Shown: positions 11,520 through 23,144 of the stretch, in pieces
Numbering within the stretch: the stretch's first letter is position 1
How the letters are laid out: every line of letters begins with the position of its first letter
NCBI RefSeq assembly: GCF_006345805.1
Contig: NW_021836071.1
Location: 1 to 26,565, forward strand
Origin: Octopus sinensis
Lineage: Eukaryota
DNA: 26,565 nt
Direction of reading: 5' to 3'
The notes under the pieces: model-generated
What the model was told of the DNA's origin: nothing
What the model saw: only the letters and a program-made list of their open reading frames with translations
Databases searched by the model: none
Translations under genes and position numbers: made by a program

Positions 11520-11616
11520 CGCGTGGTTGTTTGTTGAAGAAACTCACTTTGCCACCAGATGGCTTTGGTTTTAGTCCTATTGTGTACCATCCTGGGCATG
11601 TGTATTAAACTATAGC
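11520..11616 (+). mobile_element. SINE family B, degenerate 5' head
   Basis: gcgtggttgtttgttgaagaaact...ggttttagtcctattgtgtaccatcctgggcatgtgt...ctatagcc is colinear with the family B head. Confidence 0.6.
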
Positions 11617-11634
11617 CATGAGCCGAATTTTAAT

Positions 11635-12140
11635 TTTTGTCGAATAAATTGACCAGAGTACTGATTTTTTAAAAGCCTAGTACCCAAAAGATCCCTTTTG
11701 CTAAATTGCTAAGTTACAGTTAAGCAAGCACACCAATACCTATTTCTTTATTACCCACAAGAGGCTAAACACAGAGGGGACAAACAAGGACAGACATAAG
11801 TATTAAGTCGATTACATCGACCCCAGTGCATAACTGGTACTTAATTTATCGACCCCGAAAGGATGAAAGGCAAAGTCGACCTCGACGGAATTTGAACTCA
11901 CAACGTAACGCAGACGAAATACCGCTAAGCATTTCGCCCAGCGTGCTAACGTTTCTGCCAACTCGCACGCCAATACCAGCTGTCAAACGATTGAGGCATG
12001 GAAAGAAACATAGACTTAAAGTCACACACACGCACACTCATATACACACGCACACATGTGTATATATGTTTATGTGTGTGTATGTGTGTGTGTGTGTGTG
12101 TGTATACGAAGGGTTTTTTCAGTTACTGTCTACCTAAACT
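11635..12140 (-). mobile_element. SINE family B, old copy interrupted by a family C insertion
   Basis: aaagcctagtac...gctaagttac...cacaccaatacc | agctgtcaaacga...(CA)n...tttttcagttactgtctacc is colinear with 13200-13420 once 11741-11966 is removed. Confidence 0.72.
11741..11966 (-). mobile_element. SINE family C (tail type C2), near full length, nested
   Basis: Minus strand: gcgagttggcagaaacgttagcacg (A-box-like), gagttcaaattcc (B-box), core gtcgactttgcctttcatcctttcggggtcgataaattaagtaccag. Flanked by gcac(a/g)ccaatacc at 11728-11740 and 11965-11977. Confidence 0.92.
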
Positions 12141-12149
12141 ACTGAAAAG

Positions 12150-12281
12150 TCTTCCCGTCCACATGGTTCTGGGTTTAGTCCCACTGCGTGGAACCTTTGG
12201 CAAGGATCTTCTACTATAGGCTCGTCACGACCAAAGCCGTGTGAGTGGATTTGGTTGATGGAAACTGAAAGAAGCCCGTCG

Positions 12282-12350
<69 letters not shown>

Positions 12351-12630
12351 CTTGTGAGTGGATTTGGCAAGCGGAAACTGAAAGAAGCTCGTCGTATATA
12401 TATATGTGTGTGTATGTGTCTGTGTTTGGCCCACAACCATCGTTTGACAACGGATGACGGTGTGTTTATGTCTCCGTAACTTAGCGTTTCAGCAAAAGAG
12501 ACCGATGGAATAAGTACTAGGTTTAGAAAGAATAAGTCCTGGGTTCAGTTTGCTCGACTAAAGGCGGTACTCCAACATGGCCGCAGTCAAATGACTGAAA
12601 CAAATAAAGGAATAAACGAATAAAAGAATA
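12150..12630 (+). mobile_element. SINE family B with internal duplication
   Basis: ccacatggttctgggtttagtcccactgcgtgg...cgactaaaggcggtactccaacatggccgcagtcaaatgactgaaac with a (gaataaaa)-like tail. Reverse complement of 13135-13547. Confidence 0.92.
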
Positions 12631-12774
12631 TCTTATCAAAAGCATTGAATCGCAGAATGGCTTAGTGAAGGTGATAAAACTCTTCTCAACGTCTGTTCCG
12701 TTCGTTTGTACTCAGAGTTTCAAAGCCTCCATATATGTTTCCTTCTTTTCCATAGGGTTCGGATCAATGAAGTA

Positions 12775-12960
12775 CTCCTCTCCCTCTCTCCCTGTTTCTC
12801 TCTCTCTCTCTCTTTGCTTTCCCTTCTCTCTGTCTCCTGATCTCTATCTCTCTGTCTTCTACTTGTCTGTCTCTTTGTCTTCCTTTCTCTCTCTCTCTCT
12901 CATCCCTCTCTCTCTCTCTTTCTGCCTATATCCTCTTCTCTCTCTTTCTCTCTTTCTGTT
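12775..12960. repeat. (CT)-rich polypyrimidine tract
   Basis: Seen directly. Confidence 0.9.
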
Positions 12961-13134
12961 ATTTTGCTTCATTGTGCTATGACACGTGTAGGGAATCATT
13001 CACATCATCCCCAGTCCGAATATGGAAGAGAATCGTTCGAGGGATAAGAACTGAATCTTATCTCAGGGCAAAATCTACTGCCAAGCTACCTGGACTAATC
13101 TGTTAAGTAGTGCAGATATCTGCGTAATTTACTC

Positions 13135-13346
13135 TCTCTTTTATTCTTTTACTTGTTTCAGACATTTGACTGTGGCCATGCTGGAGCACCGCCTTTAGTC
13201 GAGCAAATCGACCCCGGGACTTATTCTTTGTAAGCCCAGTACTTATCCTATCGGTCTCCTTTGCCGAACCGATAAGTGACGGGGACGTAAACACACCAAC
13301 ATCGGTTGTCAAGCAATGCTAGAGGGACAAACACAGACACTCAAAT

Positions 13347-13387
<41 letters not shown>

Positions 13388-13547
13388 TACGACAAGCTTC
13401 TTTCAGCTTTCGTCTACCAAATCCACTCACAAGGCATTGGTCGGCCCGGGGCTATAGCAGAAGACACTTGCCCAAGGTGCCATGCAGTGGGACTGAACCC
13501 GGAACCATGTGGTTGGTTAGTAAGCTACTTACCACACAGCTACTCCT
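13135..13547 (-). mobile_element. tRNA-derived SINE family B, full length
   Basis: Minus strand: aggagtagctgtgtggtaag (A-box-like), gggttcagtccc (B-box-like), internal (TA)/(TG) tract, A-rich tail. Confidence 0.93.
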
Positions 13548-13680
13548 TCATTTGCGAACAAAAATTCCTTCGTTCTTTTGCATTATTACCTCTTCCTGGT
13601 AAAAAAAATAGTAGTTCCAGCCTTTTAATGGAAATGCTTATCCGAATTGATAAAGAGCAATTTGAATTTAGGATACTTAT

Positions 13681-13850
13681 ATTATTTTCTGCTCTAGGCA
13701 CAAGGCCCGAAATTTTTGGAGAGGAGGCCAGTCAATTAGATCGACCCCAGTACGCAACTGGTACTTAATTTATGGGCCCAGAAGGCAAAGTCGACCTCGG
13801 TGGCATTTGAACGTAGAACGTAAAGACAGACGAAATACCGCTAGGCATTT
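13681..13850 (-). mobile_element. SINE family C (tail type C1), 5'-truncated
   Basis: ctctaggcacaaggcccgaaatttt...tcgaccccagtacgcaactggtacttaattt...ggcaaagtcgacctcgg matches family C. Confidence 0.9.
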
Positions 13851-14049
13851 TTTTTGTACACCAAGGTGGACTGTGAACATTTAAACTTAAACAAAGAAAA
13901 CGTTGAGAATACATCATCGATGACAGAAGAGGAAGAACAGGCTACTCAGTTTTTCCATAACCCTATCTACTCGGCGAAATGTGCTCCCAATGCGCCACCA
14001 TACATAAGCTTAGCCTTAAGATTTGCTTGCTTTCTTAATTAGTGACTAT

Positions 14050-14300
14050 TACGGTCACTCGACCTGCATGAAATCGCAGCGAAAACAGCTGTCAAAAATA
14101 ACCAATTTAGTGCAAACAACAAACAAAAGACATTGTACCGGATATTATAATTCGAAGTATATTATTTTCTGGAAGAGAGAGTAAAATACGAATAAGATAA
14201 AAAAAAAGATAGGGTTGTGCTGTCTTGAATGCTTTAGATCATAGATCTGTTTGATTAAGGGTCAAGAGTAGACTAGACATTAACATAAACAAGAACAACA
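14050..14300 (+). repeat. Old dispersed repeat (family D), degenerate; probable relatives at ~7095-7390, ~8900-9060 and ~25880-25950 (minus)
   Basis: Shared motifs of the type cctgc..gaaat.gcagc.aa..(c)cctcaaatcac and ga.cata.atct..t.gat.a followed by (aac)n. Similarity is weak and judged by eye. Confidence 0.4.
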
Positions 14301-14780
14301 ATAGCAACAATAAACAATATCAACAGGAATAACAGCTTAGCGTTATCTAATCCAATTTTGATGTATTTAAGTCGGACGTGACAAAGACTAGATTAGCGCA
14401 AAGAACTTATTCTTTGAAATATCTTTATATCGATGCATTGAAGTCTTTGGTATTTTTTTCCCTTTGTTTATAGCTTATTGTAGAAGGATATTTTAGTTTA
14501 CTCATATAATTAACAATTTAACAATTATTTAGATAAGACTCGAGAAATCAATTTCTCTTTATTATTTCAGAAAATCTTAGATATTTTATAAGTATCTGCG
14601 TAAGCGCAAAAACACACAGAAACACTCACACACACACAAATATTCGTACATATATGTAGGGGACGTGCATACGTGTGTGTGTGTGTGCGTGAGTGTGCAG
14701 ATATTTACATGCATATATATATGAAAGTATATAGAAATATTCGTGATGTAGAATTTAAGTCGTAAATTGCTTCACAAAGG

Positions 14781-15118
14781 ACCAGAATTAAGAACTTCAT
14801 ACACAGTTGCAACTCTGTGTGCCGTGAATTTATAGAATACAAGTTTTACTGTTAAGCAGATTGTATACAAAAAATAAACGAAATCACGGGAGATTGTTCA
14901 TCAGATGTTGTACCTTAAATTATTATCTAATAAACCACTTCCCATGATTTCGTTTGTTTTATGTATATAATCGAATTAACAATAACACTTGACATACATA
15001 CATACATACATACATACATACATACATACATACATACGTACATATATACATACATACATAAATTTACCGGTGCGGTTGTACATAGAGTAAATGTGTTTGA
15101 AACTTCTGGTTTCTTGGT
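14781..15118. repeat. Long imperfect inverted repeat (foldback/MITE-like) with a (CATA)n expansion in the right arm
   Basis: 14840-14991 is an indel-free imperfect palindrome (14859-14892 vs 14939-14972 is 29/34 Watson-Crick). Looser symmetry resumes between 14781-14833 and ~15058-15118. Confidence 0.8.
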
Positions 15119-15294
15119 ATATCTGTTCTCACATAACACTTATTTTCGAGCTGTTGATACCGCCGGATTAAATACTACTGCCCAGATGTCGAAACTATAA
15201 TGATATATATGGGGGAGCTGATGATGCTTGTAAGCTGGATTGTTGGTGTGACTGTTTTTGTATATGTGGAATAGTATTATAACACATTCTTTTG

Positions 15295-15295
15295 A

Positions 15296-15343
<48 letters not shown>

Positions 15344-15598
15344 ATTATATATATATATATATATATGTGTGTGTTTGTGTGTGTGTGCATGTATATATAT
15401 ATATACATATATATATATACATATGCATATATATATATATGTATATACATACACCCATACACACACATGAGATAGGGAGATAAATAGATAGATATATGTA
15501 GATAGATAGATGGATAGAGATAGAGAGAAAGATAGAGATAGATAGATAGATAGATACAGAGAGAGAGTGAGAGAGAGAGAGAAAGAGAGAGAGAGAGA
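15295..15598. repeat. Compound (TA)n/(TG)n/(GATA)n/(GA)n microsatellite
   Basis: Seen directly. Confidence 0.95.
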
Positions 15599-16112
15599 TT
15601 AATATTTGTTTTTATGTTCAGTTATAATAAAAATAGTTTTACATTAATCGGAAAGATCGCTCTATACTTTTGTCGAGTACAAATTTATTCTTGGACAAGA
15701 TTAATATTGAGAGTGACTTTGATACTTCGGCCAGCTAACCAATCGTCGCACAGTCCAACAATGCTTTGGTCAATATTGTTCTTGTTACAGAATGGTGTCG
15801 TTAAAGTCAAGTAGACTAATATTTGGAGCCAAATATACAAGCTGACAAGGAAGTAAGACAAATCTATAAAGACAACATGGTAGTATTTTTCTATTCGCAT
15901 ACAAATGTAAAATAATTATAGTATATGTAAACCCGAGGGTTTGCTGGTAAGGAGGGTCTCTATTTTCTATTGTGACGGTAGATGAATAAATTTGCCAAAA
16001 CACATCTCAGTCAAGCGAAAACCATATTGCGATTAGAGCCTTCCATATTATTTTCTTTATATCTTATATCAGAATTTAACATTTGTCTTCTCTTTGGCGA
16101 TATTGTCGATAG

Positions 16113-16254
16113 CGTCGAGGTCGACTTTGCCTTACATCCTTTCGAGGTCGATAATTAAGTACCAGTTACGTACTGGGTTCGATGTAATCGACTTAATCCA
16201 TTTGTCCTGGTTTGTCCCCTCTGTGTTTAGCCCCTTGTGGATAGTAAAGAAATA
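16113..16254 (+). mobile_element. SINE family C (tail C2), 5'-truncated, with TSD
   Basis: Family C core and C2 tail; gatattgt(c/t)gata at 16099-16111 and 16255-16267. Confidence 0.9.
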
Positions 16255-16269
16255 GATATTGTTGATAAG

Positions 16270-16402
16270 GCCGGGGTCGACTTTGCTTTCATCCTTTCGG
16301 AGTCGATAAATTAAGTACCAGTTACGTACTGGGGTCGATTTACTCGACCGGCCTCTCCCCCAAAATTTCGAGCCTTGTGCCTAGAGTAGCAAAGAAAGAA
16401 AA
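16270..16402 (+). mobile_element. SINE family C (tail C1), 5'-truncated
   Basis: Family C core, then cctctcccccaaaatttcgagccttgtgcctagagtag and an A-rich tail. Confidence 0.9.
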
Positions 16403-17344
16403 TATATTGTCTTATGCCTCACTCACCAATACTTCATAATATTATTGAATATTTCTTGAGAAAATGGAAAATATGTAACCCTCTGTCGTGTACTCCGTGG
16501 AGTACTCCTATCTCTTATTACTGAGTATAACCTTTGATATTATTTCTATTCTGAGTATTTTTTAATATATTTTCGCGTAAGACAGCAACATTCAATTGGG
16601 TAAAACGTGACTATTTCAAGGTTTTACTGTTTCTCTTTGTCCGTTTCAGATCAATTTTTAGTTAACTGAATGTGACTGTCGAATTCTATAGTTCATGAAA
16701 CCGAATATTTTCTAGCGTAAGAGTTATCACCAGCCACGATTTTATATATTCCCTTTATGCCAGGTATCAGACGGTGAAATTACTGTGAATTCTTCCATTT
16801 TATAGCTTTATATCCCAGTCTCAAGTCATTCGGAATCCATAATTTACATGAATATTTATCAAGCAGAGATGGCGAAAAATACTTCTCTATGTTGAATTTT
16901 CATCAAAGTTAGTTTTGTATTATGTTAACGAATAATATAAATCAATGGAAATAATATGTGCATATGTTTGTTTTTGCATGTACCTATGTATATGTGTGTC
17001 TCTATTATATTATTTCAGAGTATCTCATATTATTTCAGAGTATTTTATTTTAGATAAAATACTTTAAGTTTCATGTTATAAGAAAGAAACCTGATTAAGC
17101 TTAGCTTAAGCTGTTGTCATCTTCCTCAGGATTAAGAGGCATGTAATAAAAATGGCTTATGATATATATTTTTGTAAACAAAATTTACAGATGCTGTAGA
17201 TATTTGCAAAAGCCTGAGTTAAGCATAAATCTGTATGTTGCTATTCGTATGAAACTTTAAGTTACTTTGTCCCCAAAAACATACTCTATATGAATTCTTC
17301 ACAACTCTCATAATAGTCTTTTATGTTACTGATTTAATAGTAGT

Positions 17345-17842
<498 letters not shown>

Positions 17843-18234
17843 TGATGGGTTTGTGTATATGTATACATATATGAGTGTTTGTGCGATTATGCACTATCTG
17901 TTAGGAGAGTGCACGTAAAGGACAAAGGGGTATCGGGTTATCAGAGATTTTCAATATGAGACAATTGATCATTAAACCCTCAGTTCGACAAACAATGATA
18001 CGTCAGGTATTTACAAAAACGAACATGAGTTATTGAGTGAAAAAGAGGTTTCTCAGCAATTCTACGGTGCCAGGTGCATAATTTTTTACGACGGAGAAGT
18101 GGAATCCATTAAACAATATATACACAGGGTAACTGTAGAAAAAGCAATTAAAAACACATTTAACGCGTTAAGTTCTGATATAAGTGTCTGCTCGTGAAAA
18201 TGGTGCTCAATATTACATATCACGATTAAGTATA

Positions 18235-18288
18235 AGGTATATATGTATGTATATATGTGTGCATATATGTATGTTTGTATGTATATAC

Positions 18289-18330
<42 letters not shown>

Positions 18331-18376
18331 TATATATATGTCTATATGTATATATATATATTATATATATATAAAT

Positions 18377-18446
<70 letters not shown>

Positions 18447-18452
18447 TATATA
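18235..18452. repeat. (TA)n microsatellite
   Basis: Seen directly. Confidence 0.95.
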
Positions 18453-19059
18453 CGGGTCATTCCTTAATAATGCAGTTTTTTCAATTGCATGAACTAAAAG
18501 TCGGCGGGGTCGAATAAACCACCTGTATCAACTTGCTATAAAAGCAGGTAGTAATTTTACCTTGCATTTATTCATAGTACCAGTTTTGAAGAGTGCAGCT
18601 CGATTTTAACAGTTAATTTTTCAAATCTGTAACAGAAGTGACAAAGGAGCATATTTAGCTTATTTTGCTTTATTATGATTTCAATAAAGACAACAACGCA
18701 ACGGAAAACCCCAGGAATATTAATGCTGTATATGGGGATCCTTTGGTCCCCTAATTTCCCAGATCTTAATCCATTGGACTATTACATGTGGAGCGTTGTT
18801 GAGAGAGAGGTCTATAACACCAAAGTTTCTATGAAAGCTACCGAATTCAAAGTCATGTCCAGAAAGAACCAGGACCACTTGATTCGAGCATATAGATGAT
18901 TTAGATCTCATATAGAAGCAGTGCTGAAGCTGAAGGTGGCTTTATTGAATAACATTACAGTTTTATTTTTATTGCATTGTTTGATAAAGTTATTGTCTGT
19001 TATGTATCTGTTCTTTCTTTATAAACATAAATATGTCCTCAAATATCTTACGCACCCTG
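18453..19059 (+). mobile_element. Tc1/mariner-superfamily DNA transposon remnant
   Basis: Contains a transposase C-terminal fragment. Right end cgcaccctg|TA is a typical Tc1/mariner terminus. Left boundary TA|cgggtcattcc is less certain because it does not match the right end. Confidence 0.78.
18744..18952 (+). pseudogene. Transposase C-terminal fragment, DDD-type (maT/DD37D-like)
   Basis: WSPNFPDLNPLDYYMWSVVERE...HLIRAYR*FRSHIEAV(frameshift)AEGGFIE* matches the WPPxSPDLNPxD motif and the conserved ...GG.(F/Y)(I)E C-terminus. Has an in-frame stop and a frameshift. Confidence 0.88.
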
Positions 19060-19469
19060 TATATGTATGTGTATGTGTGTATATATGTATGTATGTATGT
19101 GTGTGTTTGTTTGTGCGTGTGTGTTTGAGTGTGTATTTAAACTGCATTGGATAACTTATTCATCCAGCTTGCTGCTGATATATAAACCTCACTCAAAAGG
19201 ACTCCATATATAATGTGGTCAGTCTAAACATGATATTCGTAGAATCTTCCATCATTGGCAAACTAAAAGTAACCACAAAAACGGTCTAGATGATAAAATT
19301 AAGAAAAGGGTATGATCATAGAAGTTAAGACATGAAGACACAAATCTATCAAGGAAATAATTGAGCAGATAGTTCTGAAGTAAAACGTTTCTTGGAGACA
19401 CAAAGATGCTAGTATTGTTCGAGTCGGTTATCCGGTTTTGTAGAGTGTAGACGAAGGACGTAGAAGGAT

Positions 19470-19647
19470 CTCCCATCGACTGGACGGCAGTCAGTCATAG
19501 GGTAACGCGTTTGCATATAAGCCGGCCAGAGCAACGTGTTGTGACCATGAGCAACGAGAAATGCTGTATTTTCCTCGAGAACAAACCCGTTCTGTGAAGC
19601 GAAACCACGAAGTTGTGATCATGAGCGCAAGCAGCTAGCCCGTAGGA
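19470..19647 (-). mobile_element. Degenerate tRNA-headed SINE related to the family A head
   Basis: Minus strand tcgtggtttcgcttcacagaacggg...gaggaaaataca aligns with tcgcggtttcgattcccagaccggg...gagcaaaaaca at 3278-3330. The extent of the 3' part is from memory of a related family. Confidence 0.55.
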
Positions 19648-20045
19648 GATGAATTCCATTGATTTTTTTAGCAAATTAATTTGGAGAAGTGACAAAAGTT
19701 TTTACAAATCTTGGCGGGTTAAGAGTCAAGATCTCGTTTGCAACAGGATGTACAAAGTCTGATACGGCATCAGTACGAAGCTGTACAAGGTCATTCTTCA
19801 ATCAGTCACAACCAACATATTTTGAATGCAAACTCACGTATGCACATGCCCATATATATACACACATATGAAAACATGCATATATATATACGCACACAGC
19901 ACAAACATTTATATATGCAAACGTAAATTCACAAGGTTGTCTCTATATAGTTATATATATATATATATATATATATACTTATGAATGTAGAAATATTATT
20001 ATATATATAGAAGTACTTTTATCCAACTATATATGGGTGTATATA

Positions 20046-20151
20046 TGCATATATATATATATATATATGTTATGTCTGTGTGTGTGCGTATACACATGCA
20101 TATGCACGAAAGCCGACACATGTATACACACAAACTCGCATATGTACACAA

Positions 20152-20182
<31 letters not shown>

Positions 20183-20456
20183 CATATATCCATAAGTACA
20201 TACCTACATAAGTGTATATATGCGTGTGTTTCATTGCACATATGCTAAAGGAGGATGACACGAAACCTACATGTAGTGAAGTAGATTTCTCTACGATCGC
20301 AACAGACAATTCTCAATCGATATAAGCGACGCACTTGGGCTCTTTATCTGTTTATATATCTTCGTAAAACTACATACATACAAACACACACACTTACACA
20401 CGCACACACACACCCACACACACACATACACACACATACACACACACACACATACA

Positions 20457-20487
<31 letters not shown>

Positions 20488-20865
20488 CATGTGTGTAGTT
20501 GTGCCTCGTTCTCGTGTGATGCGATCGATAAACAACCTGAAAGATCTCTGGGTTAAGGGTATTTCGATATATTTATTATGGATTCTCTTTCGCATAAGTA
20601 GTATTTTTAGAGTAATAAGCAAACCTAACGCTTTCTGCGTCAATGCTTTAACTTGGAAGTGATAGCCTACGACAAGCCAAGTAGCTTCAAAGTGGTAACT
20701 TACTCGCAAAATAATAGCATCTGACGTCCATACATTATATATAATATATGCAGTATGTATGCTTGTGTGTATATATATGTGTGTATGTGTGTGTGTGTGT
20801 GGTGTGAGTCTGTGCGTACTCAGGTGTGTGTATGCAAAAATATATAGCAGCTACTTGTTCGTGAT

Positions 20866-20901
<36 letters not shown>

Positions 20902-21154
20902 TTACACAATTATTTATATGTCAATATGCATAATTGTGTATATTTGCATTTACGTATATATGTATGCATGTCTGTATGTATGTATGAAGTGTACATATTC
21001 ATATGTGGTGGGTGTGTGTGTGTGCGTATCGATCTGGGTATATGTATAAATATGTAAGTGCATATATATATATGTTATGTCTGTGTGTGTGCGTATACAC
21101 ATGCATATGCACGAAGCCGACACATGTATACACACAAACTCGCTATGTACACAA

Positions 21155-21185
<31 letters not shown>

Positions 21186-22055
21186 CATATATCCCTAAGT
21201 ACATACTACATAAGTGTAATAGTCGTGTGTTTCATTGCACATATGCTAAAGGAGGATGACACGAAACCTACATGTAGTGAAGTAGATTTCTCTACGATCG
21301 CAACAGACAATTCTCAATCGATATAGCGACGCACTTGGGCTCTTTATCTGTTTATATATCTTCGTAAAACTACATACATACAAACACACACACTTACACG
21401 CACACACACACCCACACACCACACATCACACAACATACACACACACACACATACACAACCACACACACACACATATAATATACATGTGTGTAGTTGTGCC
21501 TCGTCTCGTGTGATGCGATCGATAAACAACCTGAAAGATCTCTGGGTTAAGGGTATTTCGATATTTTATTATGGATTCTCTTTCGCATAAGTAGTATTTT
21601 TAGAGTAATACGCAAACCTAACGCTTTCTGCGTCAATGCTTTAACTTGGAAGTGATAGCCTACGACAAGCCAAGTAGCTTCAAAGTGGTAACTTACTCGC
21701 AAAATAATAGCATCTGACGTCCATACATTATATATAATATATGCAGTATGTATGCTTGTGTGTATATATATGGTGTATTGTGTGTGTGTGTGTGTGTGTG
21801 AGTCTGTGCGTACTCAGGTGTGTGTATGCAAAAATATATAGCAGCTACTTGTTCGTGTTAGATATATATATATATATATATATAATATATATGCACTTAC
21901 ACAATTATTTATATGTCAATATGCATAATATTGTGTATATTTGCATTTACGTATATAGTATGCATGTCGTATGTATGTATGAAGTGTACATATTCATATG
22001 GGTGTTGTGTGTGTGTGCGTATTCGATTCTGGTATATGTATAAATATGTAAGTGC

Positions 22056-22065
<10 letters not shown>
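20046..22065 (+). repeat. ~1.0-kb direct tandem duplication (two units, junction ~21059)
   Basis: Unique blocks recur with an offset of about 993-1001 bp, e.g. ggaggatgacacgaaacc at 20250 and 21251, and gcatctgacgtcc at 20717 and 21710. Confidence 0.97.
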
Positions 22066-22144
<79 letters not shown>

Positions 22145-22231
22145 GAATATGCATTTGCGATATATTTTGGGATGTATTCATAGACGAAACACTTATATTA
22201 TATATGGACAATCTTCATGCATGTAAGTATG

Positions 22232-22272
<41 letters not shown>

Positions 22273-22470
22273 TATATATATATATATGCATATATATTAT
22301 ATATATATATATATTTGTATATATATGTATGTGTATACATATATATGTAAATGTAAATGTTTGTATATATTCACATACATATATATATACGTATATACAT
22401 ATACACATATGTATTTATATGTATTTATATGTATATGTATATGTACATACATATGTATATACATATTTAT
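22066..22470. repeat. (TA)n/(CATA)-rich low-complexity tract
   Basis: Seen directly. Confidence 0.92.
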
Positions 22471-22986
22471 ATAGGACCTATACAACGATAGTGCTTAAAA
22501 GCGATGCTTAGACAAATCGTACTCTAAGTGGCATAGCTGGGTATATATAAAAGCTAGCTGTACACAGAAGATGTCAATATAATGAAATCAGAATGCTAAA
22601 TGTCTCGATCGTTTAACGTGTTAACATAAAAGGAATTTAAATACCTCCTGTATTTTATACAAGTTTTGTGTTTCTTTGTTTGTAATTCTTAATCTCGGTG
22701 TATTTTAAACATTCTGAGACGAAGCCGCCTTCCTGATTTTATCGTAAGCTCTCGCATTTGTTTCTTGTAATCTTCTTACAACCATTAAAGATGGCGCTGC
22801 TATGCTAAACGTGTAATAATCGATTCAAAAAAAGGCGTCCTGTCTGGTCGTTCAACCCGCTACGTGTCTACGAGTAGCTGCCTAATCGTTTTTCACAGAA
22901 CAACACTGAAGTATTTTTGTCATTTTTGTTCTTTCGTTTTGAAGACACCTTGTATAACAGTGTCATAGATACACTGTCTCACCATT

Positions 22987-23031
22987 AATAATAATAATAA
23001 TAAAATAATAATGATAATAATAATAATAATA

Positions 23032-23063
<32 letters not shown>

Positions 23064-23073
23064 TAATAATAAT

Positions 23074-23143
<70 letters not shown>
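22987..23143. repeat. (TAA)n/(CAA)n microsatellite, 5' flank of the LINE
   Basis: Seen directly. Confidence 0.97.

Positions 23144-23144
<1 letters not shown>

Noticed and set aside
15791-15852. Plus-strand AG...GT bounded segment (also 6612-6660 and the acceptor at 16649)
   Set aside because: Stops in all three frames; such signals are expected by chance in AT-rich DNA. A non-coding exon cannot be excluded without RNA data.
17007-17043. Short direct repeat atattatttcagagtat x2
   Set aside because: Ordinary local slippage duplication; two units only, not CRISPR-like.
22788-22796. YY1-like motif aagatggcg as a promoter
   Set aside because: Single short motif with no other promoter or first-exon evidence.
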